A stretch of 64,000 nt of DNA from Savitreella phatthalungensis (GCA_051599415.1 AP039705.1:1-64000); one strand, 5' to 3'. Positions 22,344-36,268 are shown, counted from the first letter of the stretch. Notes: generated from the sequence alone by a model not told the origin. Numbers and translations are program-made.

Positions 22344-22617
22344 GGTGTGCTCTCGACTGCGTTCGAGAGGTGTGGTCTCGACTACGTTCGAGCGGTGTCC
22401 TCTCGACTGCGTTCGAACGGTGTGCTCTCGACTACGTTCGAGAGGTGTGGTCTCGACTGCGTTCGAACGGTGTGCTCTCGACTGCGTTCGAATGGTGTGC
22501 TCTCCACTGCGGTCAAACGGTGTGCTCCCGACTGCAGTCGAAAAAGTGCTCCCGACTGCGTTCGAGCGGTGTCCTCTCGACTGCGCTCGAACGGTGTGCT
22601 CTCGATCGCGGCCGAAC
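22344..22617. repeat. 25-bp minisatellite, about 11 copies, consensus unit containing an inverted repeat
   Basis: Unit GGTGTGCTCTCGACTGCGTTCGA(G/A)(A/C); TCTCGA-N6-TCGAGA stem. Confidence 0.9.
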
Positions 22618-23558
22618 GAAGAAGTCCACTTCGTGCTACGTAGTGCTCGAGCGATAGGTGCACGTCCACAGCTTTACACAGGAGGATGAATTTACTGAGC
22701 TAAACCACTCTCTGCTCGATGCAGTAGAGAACCAGATATTAACCTTTTTGGGCTTCGCTGCGACAGAGTCACGGATCTTGCTCGTGTGCTCGAGAGTCCA
22801 AGACGATGCTATCGGCCGAGTCGAAGACCATCGCATGGGGCAGAGCAGCAGATTGTGATAGGTGCACACGTTCTAGGCCTGATGCACTATCATCACGTGT
22901 GATCTCGAGCAGCTCCTTCGGGGCAATTTCGTCAATTCGTCTTGCTGTGCTAATCAACGTCGCACGATCGTGTACGAGAGCCTTCGCCTGACGCAAGCGT
23001 CGATGCTGCGATTCGCTCGTGAGCTGGCTCGATGGACGCAAGCCTGGGATTCTGTATCTGATGAAGGTCTCGTGCGTTGCGTAAAATCGACTCCACGTCC
23101 CTTGCTCGAGAGAGGAAATGACCCAGACAATAGTCCATCACATTTCCTCGATCGAGAATTTGTCATGACCTAGAGATCGATTCCAGACCGCCGATCTAGA
23201 CGGGTCCCGGCAGACGACAATGTCCGTGGACATCAAGCCCTCGCACGTGTTGAATTCCCGCGGCGCGAGATCGTCTGCAAGATATTCTCGATCGATCGAA
23301 CGTCCTGATCTATTAGGTGCACATCCCACGAGACATTAAAACCAGGATTCTCGCGCGAGTGCGAGATTATCACTCGCATGGTCTCTCATCTTGCCGCGCA
23401 GCTTGCCACGAAGCCTGCCACGAAGCCTGCCACGAAGCGTGGATTGGGCGAGTAACTGTCCATGTGGATTGTCGATGACGTCTGTCCGTCACGATCTCAT
23501 AGAATCAAAATAGAGATTGAGGTCGGACGCTCGTGCTCTTGCCGTACACTGGTTATTA

Positions 23559-25198
23559 TTAATCTCTCTTCAGGAAGGCTAATTGTCTAAGAACTTGTTT
23601 GATGGTGACAGCCCTGTGAGAGCCATCTCCGAGGTACGCGTTGAGGCGCTCGTGATTCTCGACGGAGAGCTCTCTGCGTGTGCGTCGAGCTTCGTCAGCG
23701 AGAAACTGCGCTTGCTCGCGCTTTGAAAGGTCAATATCGATCGTTGCAATCATGTACGTGCCCAGCAGGCAGAGTCCGAGGCAGAAGAAGAAACCCCAAT
23801 GTGCGTCGTGCGTCGCGGAGGTGATGGCGCTTGTGACGTATGCGCCGACGAAAGAGGATGTCCTGCCAAATAGGCGAATAGGGAAAAGAATTGATTCTCG
23901 TGGCCCTTCGGAGTGACCTCGGAGAAGGTAGCGTAGATGTAGGCGTACCAGGGCGAGCACAGGAGGCCGAAAAAGGCGTTGTACGCCCAAATCTCCCACT
24001 TCGAGTGGTAGCCGACCGAGTGATTGAAGCAGCCGATGCAACCCCATACGGCAGTGAAGAGGATGAATGAGTTGGTCCACTGGAACATCGTCTTGATCCG
24101 GATGTCGAACCTCCGCTGGATGGCGAGGAAGCCGACACAGCCGATGACCGAGCATATGGCCTGGAGAAGATTGACGTAGGTACTCTGGAGGAACGAAAAC
24201 TCGATGATGTTGTTCTGCTCAATGCCAATCAGGGTGCCAATCGTATTCATGCCGTCGACGAAGATGAAGTATGCAATGAGGCAGACAAACGTTTGGGAGA
24301 GGCGGAGGAAGGAGCGAAAGGTGCGCCACTGCATGATCCAGCCGATTGTGAGTGGATGCTCTGATTTATGGAGCGCAGGTCCAGGTCGAGGCTTCCAGAA
24401 GACGTACCACCACATGCTGCTGAGTAAGTAATATGCGCCGGCGACGATGATGGCAGCGTTGTTGGCATAATCGCCTTCGATGGCCAGAAGTGGGGCAAGA
24501 CAGATCGCGAGGGTTCCAACGTATCCGATATTCGACCAGGTGGTGGCAACGACCATGATGTAGTTGCGTCGCCTTGCATCGATTTCCTCTAGCTCGACAG
24601 CTGTGACGTCGCCACGCACAAAAGCCTCGCGCATCTCTCTGACCTCTGGCTCATTTGCCGCAAGCGATGGGAAAGCTGCCTGAAAGAACATGCCGGCAGT
24701 GGTATAGCCGAGACCGACGGCGAGATTCATCACCGCCGCCCAGCCGTACTGGGATGGCTGACGGAGCCCCGCAAAGGCAAAATGGCCGGCCCAGCTCAAA
24801 ATAGCTGCTGAGAGGGCAAGTCCGCGAGCCCAAAGGCCGAAGTCTGCCAATGGCCCGATGGTCACGAAGAGAAACATCTGGAGGGTGAAAGAGATACCGG
24901 ACATAAGCTGAATGGACGCAGAGACATCCATTTGCTTGATAGCGCCGAAGCGCACAAAGCACTTGTCAGTGTCGGTGCATTTGTCTCCCAGGAGCGTGTG
25001 GCCTGCTTGCTTCGCGAGCGTTGAGTACTGAAGTGGTACATACGTGCCGGCGCCGACTCCCGAGCCACCGTTCGCGTACAGATAGTACGCCCACCGCTCG
25101 AGCCGGGTCGTCTCAGGCACAGCCCTGAGGTTGTGGGCGGCCTCGGCGACTTTAGCCTCAAGGTCTGATACTTCCGGATAGACAGACTTCTCTGCCAT
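23559..25198 (-). CDS. ATG22: Atg22-like vacuolar MFS amino-acid efflux transporter with a 1-bp frameshift at ~23873
   Basis: WAYYLY, GPLADFG, RPGPAL, AYFIFVDG.NT, FSEVTPKGHENQFFSLF then FGRTSSFVG in another frame; many hydrophobic TM-like segments. Confidence 0.8.
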
Positions 25199-25369
25199 CT
25201 CGTTCACCGACGACAAGCAGGATACAGGTCACGATTTATACCCAAAAACGGTTCAGTAAGCGAGCACGCGAGACGGTCGGTCTGTGACACCACGTGCGCC
25301 TTATCATACATGCCATGCCGATTTAGGAACGCGGGATGAATGGGTTTTCCTGTCGGGTGTACGGAAGGT

Positions 25370-27811
<2,442 letters not shown>

Positions 27812-28542
27812 CTACGTGTGTGTGGTGTGAAGTGCAATGATGATGTGGTGATTTAATGGGACGCGCGTCGGTGGGTGGAGTACTACTGCACGTACTGTAT
27901 CCTATTTCGGGACTACGTAGGCATATGCACGTACAGTATAGTGGAGTGTTTGAGTGAATGCACGATTAGCTGGAAGCACGGGGATGATCCTGAATGATTC
28001 TATGCCATCACACCATCCACGGGTATCGATCCAGCAATGAACATTCAAGACTGTACATACTAATCGTACACGCTCAAATATGATCAAGTACTCGCCGAGT
28101 GCAAGGCGGTGAGCCAGTGAGCATTAGTGAGTGAATTAAGCTGGCCGTGCTCAGACGATCGATCTGGAATCAGAAACAGAATTACAATCTGAGAGCACTG
28201 GAAAAATGAGTGACGTACACGTCATTGACTCTCCAAGAAAGTTCGAATATTTGAGATGCAGGATCTGAAATAGACCATCCTGTGGCGTGTAAAAAATAAC
28301 GCTGGAGGGCTCCAACAATCAGATCAAACGATGCATTAGACCTTATTCATCTAGTGACAGTATACTGTCGAACTAAATTTAATCTATAAATCAGTTTGAC
28401 GTTATGAATTTATTGGAATAGGTCACCGCTTCGTGGATGCATTCGTCGAGATATACCCTGCAGAGGATTGTCATCTCATTGTAGATGTATGAAACAGGTT
28501 GATATGATTTAAATTATCTTTGTGCAAGAGTGACCTTCTGAA

Positions 28543-30243
28543 CTATGCATGCACGTGCAGGCGCTCGATCGTGTACAGAGTCGATCCAGACTTCTTCTGA
28601 GGCGTCTCTGAAGGACGGATATCGCTCAGCAAGGCGCACAGTGACGGCAGAGATGTAGTTTCTTCGACCATTCGCTCAACCAATTTCTGTAGAACAGCGA
28701 GGATGCCCGTGATCTCGTCGGAAAAGAGCACGTGTCCGAGGTTTAGTGCATCAATCAGGTTGACGAGTGCTGAGCAAGCCGCGGGCGATTCCTTCTCCCC
28801 AACTATCTCCACAAGCGTCACCAGCCAATGCTCTAGCTCAACTGTCGTGACCCGCTGCATCGCCAGAACGACTTGCTCGTCCGAGTACGTCGAAAGTTGT
28901 GACACAGCCGCTTCGAGCGACGTCCTGAATCGTTTCGTGCCAGGCTTTGTCCGAGTTGCCACGTGTAAAAGGATACCGACCGTCTCCTCAGGCGTCAGAG
29001 AAAGCTCGCTCAGCATCCTTGGTCCAAGCGCTGGGTAGACTGCAAGGACGCTGTCAAAGTAGACAGGGTCAAGTCGCTCCCCAGACATAAGCCATTCGAT
29101 CGTCGTCTTGCTCGGTGAACTTCTTAGCAAGAGTCCTGTCAGTCGCCGACAAAAGCTCGCACTCAATTCTGCGTCCCCAACAGCAGAAAGAAAGGCGTCG
29201 AAGGTCTTGTCGAATTCGGAACCATCATCGATACCAGCAAGTCGCGTAAATAGTTCTTCTGCCACCGGAAGCTCGCCCGTACCTTCCCCACGCCACGTTG
29301 CTGTCAATGGAACATCTCTCGACCACTTCGCAGAGCCCTCTGCCACAACAGCATCCAGAGCTGTCGAGAGCGAGCTTTCCTTGACGTCCAGCCGATGCAC
29401 CCATATTTCCTTCTGATCTCGTAGCACAATCGTCGATGCATCTACCACGCCAACCAGTCGCCTATCATCATACGTCAATGCGCACGATAGTGTATGGAAG
29501 TGAGCATCCACGACGAACAGCCCTCTCGAGTCGCCCATCAGCAGATGTGTGTCGTCAAGCCACTCTACAAAGGCGTGCTTTACGAGTGGTGGAACGTGGA
29601 TCTCCTGTAAGAGATGACCGGCGAGTATGTAGAGGTGCCGCCGCATATAGACAGCTGTGCGCTTCCCCGTAGCGATTAAAGCCTTGGTGACGTATTTCGC
29701 CTGTTTCCGATTCAGATGGACATCCAAAATCTCCGGCGAGTGGATTCTCAGCTCGCCGCGACCGAGATCGACGATCTCTGCATAGGTACCGCCTCTGTGT
29801 GCGACTATACGGCCTTCATACGTTCTGCGAGAGATCTGCTCAAGCTCGAGAGAGTAAACAGTCACATTCTTGCGACCGACCAATGTGATGACGTCCGATA
29901 GCTCGATCGCCTGGATGTCTCCTCCAGCGTCGACCTTCACTTTCTGTGTCGTGACCTGTCTGGCTTCCTCGCGCCAGCATGATAGCTGGACAGAACCTCC
30001 ACCCTTCTTGACGCAAGCCCATGTATGCCGTACGTTGTCGACGGATCTTGACGCTGCAGGACAGACGAAACGTGTCGCCGGCGCGACGGCATATGTCGCC
30101 AGCAAGCTGCCGCTGTTGCTGTCATGCACCGAGATTCCCTCCCCGTCGACAGCCAGGCACAACTCTCTCCTTCCTTTGCGAGATGCCGCCGAGACGTGTA
30201 CGCCGACGTCCTGAGCTACTTTCCCCAGGACATAAGCGTCCAT
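28543..30243 (-). CDS. Probable U3 snoRNP/t-UTP subunit Utp8-like protein
   Basis: N-terminal ELCLAVDGEGISV..LLATYAV.P..RF.CP beta-propeller-like start, helical C-terminal half, terminal YTIERL; family call is from memory. Confidence 0.55.
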   Translation of the reverse strand: MDAYVLGKVAQDVGVHVSAASRKGRRELCLAVDGEGISVHDSNSGSLLATYAVAPATRFVCPAASRSVDNVRHTWACVKKGGGSVQLSCWREEARQVTTQKVKVDAGGDIQAIELSDVITLVGRKNVTVYSLELEQISRRTYEGRIVAHRGGTYAEIVDLGRGELRIHSPEILDVHLNRKQAKYVTKALIATGKRTAVYMRRHLYILAGHLLQEIHVPPLVKHAFVEWLDDTHLLMGDSRGLFVVDAHFHTLSCALTYDDRRLVGVVDASTIVLRDQKEIWVHRLDVKESSLSTALDAVVAEGSAKWSRDVPLTATWRGEGTGELPVAEELFTRLAGIDDGSEFDKTFDAFLSAVGDAELSASFCRRLTGLLLRSSPSKTTIEWLMSGERLDPVYFDSVLAVYPALGPRMLSELSLTPEETVGILLHVATRTKPGTKRFRTSLEAAVSQLSTYSDEQVVLAMQRVTTVELEHWLVTLVEIVGEKESPAACSALVNLIDALNLGHVLFSDEITGILAVLQKLVERMVEETTSLPSLCALLSDIRPSETPQKKSGSTLYTIERLHVHA

Positions 30244-30366
30244 GACCGCGTCTATGGGGCTTGTCTTGCGATATCTGTGTCAGGCACGGCCTGTCTTTAA
30301 TCACACTTTTAAATCAAATACAGCATATACTTGACCAGCAAGATTTAGGGCGCACACCTACACGGC

Positions 30367-31692
30367 ATGAGCAAAAGACCCGCAGAAGAGTCCCTCCAGG
30401 AGGAGCGGCCGGAGGATCTGTTTAGTGATGATGACGACTACGAGAGTGATTCTTCTGAGGATATCATCCAGGCGAGCGATAGCGAGAATGAGATGGACGA
30501 GGAGCTGCCATCCAGAGTTTGGCTACCAGGCACACAGCTGGCCAAGGATGAGATGCTTGAGCCAGACATGACAGCGTACGAAATGCTTCACTCCGTCAAC
30601 GCCAAATGGCCATGCCTGACATTTGACACGCTCTGGGACACCCTGGGGGATGAGAGACGGACTTACCCTGCTACAACTTACTTCGTCACCGGTACACAAG
30701 CAGACCGTCCAGAGCGCAATGAGATCCAGGTCGTGCGTTGCAGCAACTTGACTCGTTCTGCTGGGGACGAGAGCGACAGCGAGGATGATGATGAGGATCC
30801 TGTGCTCGCCTACAAGGCAATTCCGCTGACGAGCGGCGTCAACCGCATCAGAGCAACCCAAACGAGGGACACACCACATCTGGTCGCCGCTCTGCAGGAA
30901 TCTGGCACCCTCGGCATCTACAACGTCGAAGAGCACCTACAGGCTCTCAATGCTGACGAGCGTGGCTCTCTGCTGGACTCCAAGCCAATTCACACCTACA
31001 GCGGTAGCGAGGGTTTCGCGCTTGACTGGTCGAATGGAAGGCTCGTGCATGGAGACAACGATGCCCAGATCTTCCTGAGCGAGGCGCGTGAGGGAGGATT
31101 TGCAACGGGATCACAACCATTCAGAGGTCACGATTCCTCAGTCGAGGATCTGCAGTGGTCACCCAATGAGCGCACCGTCTTTGCATCTTGCTCGAGCGAT
31201 GGCACCTTCCGTGTCTGGGACACGCGATCGAAGAAGAGGGCACCAGCCGTGACGGTGAAAGCCCACAGCTGTGACGTGAATGTGATGTCCTGGAACTCAT
31301 CAATTTCGTACCTGCTAGCAACAGGTGCTGATGACGGCCGGCTAAGTGTTTGGGATCTGCGTGCTCTCTCGGAGGCTTCACCAGTGGCTACCTTCGACTG
31401 GCACAAGTCTGCCATCACATCGATCGGCTGGCATCCAAAGGACGAATCTGTCCTGGCAGCAGCAGGCGCAGATGATCAGACGACTATCTGGGACTTGAGC
31501 GTCGAGCTTGATGCAGAGGAACAGGCTGCCAAACACGCGGAAGGCCTCGGCGACGTTCCTTCTCAACTCATGTTTGTCCATATGGGTCAACAGGACGTCA
31601 AGGAGCTCAGATGGTTACCGCAGCTGCCTGGCGTTTTAGCGACGACTGCAGCGACAGGCTTCAACATCTTCAAGTCTGCTCACCAGAATTAG
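30367..31692 (+). CDS. RRB1: Ribosome assembly WD40 protein Rrb1/GRWD1
   Basis: AYEMLH...WPCL.FD, EGFALDWS, GH.SSVEDLQWSP.E, QLMFVHMGQ..VKEL.W. Confidence 0.95.
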   Translation: MSKRPAEESLQEERPEDLFSDDDDYESDSSEDIIQASDSENEMDEELPSRVWLPGTQLAKDEMLEPDMTAYEMLHSVNAKWPCLTFDTLWDTLGDERRTYPATTYFVTGTQADRPERNEIQVVRCSNLTRSAGDESDSEDDDEDPVLAYKAIPLTSGVNRIRATQTRDTPHLVAALQESGTLGIYNVEEHLQALNADERGSLLDSKPIHTYSGSEGFALDWSNGRLVHGDNDAQIFLSEAREGGFATGSQPFRGHDSSVEDLQWSPNERTVFASCSSDGTFRVWDTRSKKRAPAVTVKAHSCDVNVMSWNSSISYLLATGADDGRLSVWDLRALSEASPVATFDWHKSAITSIGWHPKDESVLAAAGADDQTTIWDLSVELDAEEQAAKHAEGLGDVPSQLMFVHMGQQDVKELRWLPQLPGVLATTAATGFNIFKSAHQN

Positions 31693-31868
31693 GACTTTAG
31701 CTATAGACGACCAAATTAACGCAACTATGACATACACGCGCTCGTACATGTGGGGCCCATCTGCTTAGGCGAGTTGAACAAAATAAATATGCGAGCAAGA
31801 GAGCGAGAACGTCCTTGAGGTCACACCACAGGCACAAAAGTGGAAGCATGTCCTGAGGCAGTAGAACG

Positions 31869-34220
31869 ATGGTATGGGAACAAACGTCCGCGACAAAGCC
31901 GCATGTAGCGTACGCGCTCATCGGCGGCTTCGTCACAATCTTTTCCCTCCTCTCCTTGTTCGTAAAATCGAAGCTGTACATTGGTGAAGCTTCCGTCGCG
32001 ATGGTCGTCGGCATCATCTTTGGTCCAAAAGCTGCAGGCATCTTCGATCCTGCGACATGGGGAAATACGGACTACATCACGCTCGAGGTTGCGCGAATCG
32101 TCATTGTCGTCCAAGTCTTCGCTGTGGGTGTCGAATTGCCGAAGAAGTACTTCAAGCGGCATTGGCGCGCCATCACAGTCATGCTTGTACCGGTCATGGC
32201 ATCCAGTTGGCTGATTTGTACAGGCTTCATCTACGCGCTTATCCCAGATTTGAGCTTTGTGGAGAGTCTGGTGATTGCAGCGACCTTGGCTCCGACAGAT
32301 CCCGTGCTCGCTTCCTCCGTCGTTGGTAAGGGCAAGTTTGCCGAGCGCGTTCCAGGACACATTCGCAATTTGCTCTCGGCCGAATCAGGTTGCAACGACG
32401 GCATGGCATTCCCATTCCTCTACATCGGGTTGTACCTGCTGATCGACATCAACGGCGCAAAGGCTGTCAAGGAGTGGGTGCTTATCACGATCTTGTACGA
32501 ATGTATCTTTGGCGTCGTTCTTGGCATCATCATCGGCTATGTCGGGCGTCGTGCCATTCGATTCGCTGAGGAACGCAAACTCATCGACAGAGAGAGTTTC
32601 CTCGTCTTCTACTTCGTGCTCGCTCTTTTCTGCGCAGGCGTTGGCACGGTCATCGGCACCGACGACTTCCTTGTCGCCTTTTCGGCAGGCGCAGCCTTCG
32701 CATGGGACGGTTGGTTCTCGCGCAAGACGGAAGAGTCACACGTCTCGAACGTCATTGACCTATTGTTGAACATGGCCTTCTTCGTCTACTTTGGTGCAAT
32801 CATTCCATGGGACGAATTCTCACGACCAGATCTGAGCATCACACCCTGGCGACTCGTCGTTATAGCCATTCTGATTCTTCTCTTCAGGCGGATTCCTGGC
32901 GTCATGGCAACTTACTGGTTCAACCCGGATATTCGTAACTGGCGAGAGGCTCTATTCTGTGGCCACTTCGGTCCGATGGGGGTCGGCGCTCTTTTCTTCT
33001 CGATTCTAGCTCGCGCTGAGCTCGAGAACGAGTCGCAAGTGCCGGCTGGACGTCTGCCTGAGCAGGCTGAGAATGAGCACTACTTGCTGATTCAGTCTAT
33101 CTATCCAATCGTCAGCTTCATGGTCCTGGCGAGCATCATCGTCCACGGCTCTTCCGTTGCCGTCTTCACCCTCGGCAAGCACATCAACCATGGCATTACG
33201 CTCACCTTTACCCGCGACCTCGACGACCCGAGCTGGCTACACAGGCTGCCGAGACTCGAGCTCGGTCAGTCCTTCACGTTGGCAAGGTCGGAGCGCGGAA
33301 GGTCGAGATCAAGGTCGCGTACGCGGGAGAATGCCGGCGGTGGTGTTTCGAAGGAGGCCATCGGACGCAACGTCGAACCGAGCATGCGAAGACGACGACG
33401 ACGTAGCAATGAGGAGAAGCGGGCGGAAGGAAATGAAGACGAACGGACACCTGATGAGCGCCGAGATGCACTGCAGCACCATCATCAGCTCGAAGGCATG
33501 TCACGCGACGATCTCGAAGATGCGCATTTTCAGCAGGATGGCATGGAGGTCTATCAAGAGGGCGATCACTTCATCGTCGAGGATGAGTTGGGCGAGGTCA
33601 TTCGCGAGATCGACGATCCGCGCAAGCTCTCGCGCGAGGCTGCTCATAACGTGCTTGACAAGAGCGTCAAAATGTCAGACATTGATCGCAAGGATCGTGA
33701 GCAAGCCGCTGCCGATGCGGGACATCCGCTGCACAATCAGGTTCGCAGTTTCGGACCTGGCTTGCTAGGACAGCACGAAGAACGTCGCGGTCGCACACTA
33801 GACTCAAGCAGTGGATCCAGTCAAACACTGACCCGCAGAACGTCTGCTGATGACACGCCAGAAGAGAGGACTGATGACGACAATGTTGAGGATAATGATG
33901 ACGATGACGAAGAGACACCCGCAGAGAGAAAGCGAAGGTTGGCCGCGCTGGGTATGCCCATCGATGATGATGATGAGACTCCTGCAGAGCGGAAACGACG
34001 ACTGCAAGCGTTGGGGACGAGTGAGTCCTCGCCAAGCAGACCATCGAGTCCAGTCAGGGGTGCTGGCCAAGCACCGTCAGAGATGCCCGCCGGCAGAGCG
34101 ACGACCATCTCCTTCCATCCATCTGTAGCGCCGGCACCGAGCAATCTGCCGGCCACGCCAGAGCCTGCGCACACAGAAGACGCGCCTCGGAGATCGATCA
34201 TGTGGGCGGACGGTACATAA
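31869..34220 (+). CDS. NHA1: Plasma-membrane Na+(K+)/H+ antiporter Nha1/Sod2 family
   Basis: VELPKKY, TDPVLASSVVGKGKFA, ESGCNDG, GTDD, EALFCGHFGP, SIIVHGSS; hydrophilic tail with ETPAERKRRL twice. Confidence 0.95.
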   Translation: MVWEQTSATKPHVAYALIGGFVTIFSLLSLFVKSKLYIGEASVAMVVGIIFGPKAAGIFDPATWGNTDYITLEVARIVIVVQVFAVGVELPKKYFKRHWRAITVMLVPVMASSWLICTGFIYALIPDLSFVESLVIAATLAPTDPVLASSVVGKGKFAERVPGHIRNLLSAESGCNDGMAFPFLYIGLYLLIDINGAKAVKEWVLITILYECIFGVVLGIIIGYVGRRAIRFAEERKLIDRESFLVFYFVLALFCAGVGTVIGTDDFLVAFSAGAAFAWDGWFSRKTEESHVSNVIDLLLNMAFFVYFGAIIPWDEFSRPDLSITPWRLVVIAILILLFRRIPGVMATYWFNPDIRNWREALFCGHFGPMGVGALFFSILARAELENESQVPAGRLPEQAENEHYLLIQSIYPIVSFMVLASIIVHGSSVAVFTLGKHINHGITLTFTRDLDDPSWLHRLPRLELGQSFTLARSERGRSRSRSRTRENAGGGVSKEAIGRNVEPSMRRRRRRSNEEKRAEGNEDERTPDERRDALQHHHQLEGMSRDDLEDAHFQQDGMEVYQEGDHFIVEDELGEVIREIDDPRKLSREAAHNVLDKSVKMSDIDRKDREQAAADAGHPLHNQVRSFGPGLLGQHEERRGRTLDSSSGSSQTLTRRTSADDTPEERTDDDNVEDNDDDDEETPAERKRRLAALGMPIDDDDETPAERKRRLQALGTSESSPSRPSSPVRGAGQAPSEMPAGRATTISFHPSVAPAPSNLPATPEPAHTEDAPRRSIMWADGT

Positions 34221-34223
34221 GCT

Positions 34224-36146
34224 TTAGAATCCGCCGCTGTACAGTGACCAGAATCGCGAATAGAGACCATTCGAATCGACGAGTTGTTCATGTTTGCCGT
34301 CCTCAATAATCGTCCCGTCGTCCAAAACCACAACACGGTCGGCGGCACGGACAACATTCATTCTGTGGGTGACGAAGAGAAGCGTGTGTCTGTCGTCCGC
34401 TAGCCTGTCGAATAGCAGGTGCTCTGCCTCTGGATCAAGCACCGCTGATGGCTCATCCAGGATCACTAGGGGGGCATCGCGCAGGAACACCCTGGCCAGA
34501 GCGACTTTCGTCCACTCGCCTGCGGAGAGATCGGTGCCGGGCGAGCCTGACTGTCGCAGAGCAGATAGAGCATCGACGGCGTCGACGACCTCAACAGATA
34601 ACGGTGACAATCTCTTGTCCCAAAGGTCACCAATGAACTCTGCACCTGCGCGTTGAGCAGCGTCTCGAACTTCGTCCTCCGCCGCAGCCACGTCACCCAC
34701 AGCGACGTTCTCACCTGCCGTGAATGGAAATTTGGCGAAGTCGTGGAAGGCAAAGGCTAGCCCGCGACGGAGACTCGCTCGATCGTACTCTCGAATGTCC
34801 ACGCCGTCCAAAAGAATCTGTCCCTCGGAAGGATCATACACACGAGCGAGCAGCTTCAGCAGAGTCGACTTTCCTGCGCCGTTGTGACCGACCAAGGCGA
34901 CAGATTCGCCGGGTTTGACAACGAAGGAAACCCGACGAAGGACGTGGTTACTGCCGTAGGAGAATGAAACATTTCGCAGCTCGAGCTTCACGGGTCCATC
35001 TGGACTGAACTCTCTAGATCCATCAGCGAGCTTGGGTCGCAGCTCAATTGCACGATAGTATGAGACAAGGTTGTGAAGGAGTTGCCAAGAATCGACCTGC
35101 GTATGATATGCTGAGTGAGCTGTGGTGACGAGCTGATTTGTGGCTCCCTCGATCAAGTGAAGATCCGAGAGGGAGACTGCTGACAAGTGCGCACGCCATG
35201 CCAGGACTGCATAAACGAGCGAGCGCGTCCACGGCAGAACAATGCCTGTGGTAGTCCTACTCCGAATGGCCTCAGTCAGATCGTCCTGCCGCTCAATCGC
35301 ATCTAAATGCTCCTCAGTAGCGTCGTGCTCTTCCAAAAGCCAGTCTTCGATGCCGTAGAGGGCAACATCCCTCCTGTAGCTGGTGGAAAGCGCGACATGG
35401 TCGAGGTCCGCCCTTCGCTGCCGTACCTCGTCCCGCTCAGGGTTTTCTCTCGGTCGACGGAATCGTCCGACTAGGATTCGCGTGATAGGCTCGACGCTGT
35501 ATAGACCGAAGTAAGGGAGTGCCTGCCAAGAAAGGGTTCTGCTGGCCGCGTAGATTCGCGCTGTGATGTCGACTGCTGCGTTGGTGACATTGAAGACTGA
35601 CCACACCAGAGAGCCGACGAACCCAGGCTGCGAGAGAGGCACACCGTCAGCCAAGACCTGCCTGATCTCCTGATCCTCAAGTGCGGCTAGATCAAGCTGT
35701 AAGTGTACGCGTAGCAGATCATGTCGAAGTCGACGAGCTACAGTCAGGTTGACGACCTGACCGTTCCTCACGAGAAGCTCTTCAATACCAGTACGCAGCA
35801 GCAGAGAGCCGAGCTGATAGGCGAGAAGCTTGATGGCTCGTGCGGCTTCGAATGGGGACTTTCGTTGTACTGTTGCTGCGACGAGATCAAGTAGGCGAGC
35901 GCGCAGATCCAGGTCGACCGCTGGCAGAAGCGACTTGACGAGGTTGCCGACGACCATCAGGATTGTCCTGTACGGTACGAGCTGCCATAGTAGAGAGAAT
36001 AGCCGTATCGCGCTTGGCGCTGCCTCTCTGAGGGTCGGTAAATCGCGCTCGAGGAGATGTACTGCAGCTAGGGACCTGTGTCTGATCTTGTCAAGGTGAT
36101 GTAGGCCGCGACGGCGACTTCGACCCGGTCTGCGCTCTCGCGGCAT
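34224..36146 (-). CDS. Half-size ABC transporter (TMD-NBD, ABCB/MsbA-like)
   Basis: Walker A GHNGAGKST, signature LSAGEW, Walker B ILDEPS, H-loop VTHR. Confidence 0.88.
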   Translation of the reverse strand: MPRERRPGRSRRRGLHHLDKIRHRSLAAVHLLERDLPTLREAAPSAIRLFSLLWQLVPYRTILMVVGNLVKSLLPAVDLDLRARLLDLVAATVQRKSPFEAARAIKLLAYQLGSLLLRTGIEELLVRNGQVVNLTVARRLRHDLLRVHLQLDLAALEDQEIRQVLADGVPLSQPGFVGSLVWSVFNVTNAAVDITARIYAASRTLSWQALPYFGLYSVEPITRILVGRFRRPRENPERDEVRQRRADLDHVALSTSYRRDVALYGIEDWLLEEHDATEEHLDAIERQDDLTEAIRSRTTTGIVLPWTRSLVYAVLAWRAHLSAVSLSDLHLIEGATNQLVTTAHSAYHTQVDSWQLLHNLVSYYRAIELRPKLADGSREFSPDGPVKLELRNVSFSYGSNHVLRRVSFVVKPGESVALVGHNGAGKSTLLKLLARVYDPSEGQILLDGVDIREYDRASLRRGLAFAFHDFAKFPFTAGENVAVGDVAAAEDEVRDAAQRAGAEFIGDLWDKRLSPLSVEVVDAVDALSALRQSGSPGTDLSAGEWTKVALARVFLRDAPLVILDEPSAVLDPEAEHLLFDRLADDRHTLLFVTHRMNVVRAADRVVVLDDGTIIEDGKHEQLVDSNGLYSRFWSLYSGGF

Positions 36147-36268
36147 TACATGAAGCTCTGCTTTGGTGAGCGCGTACGAAAGTACTCGTGCGTACGAACA
36201 GTATATATTGAATGATTTACAGTATATGCGCGAAAGAATCCTACAGACTTGGTGTCATCCTGCCGAAA

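Noticed and set aside
22344..22617. CRISPR array
   Set aside because: Units abut with no unique spacers, no cas genes are present, and the context is eukaryotic.
22658..23330. Short ORFs between the minisatellite and the ATG22-like gene
   Set aside because: No recognisable motifs or consistent gene structure; could be a relic but cannot be supported.
23404..23438. GCCACGAAGCCT repeated three times
   Set aside because: Short local duplication with no supporting context.
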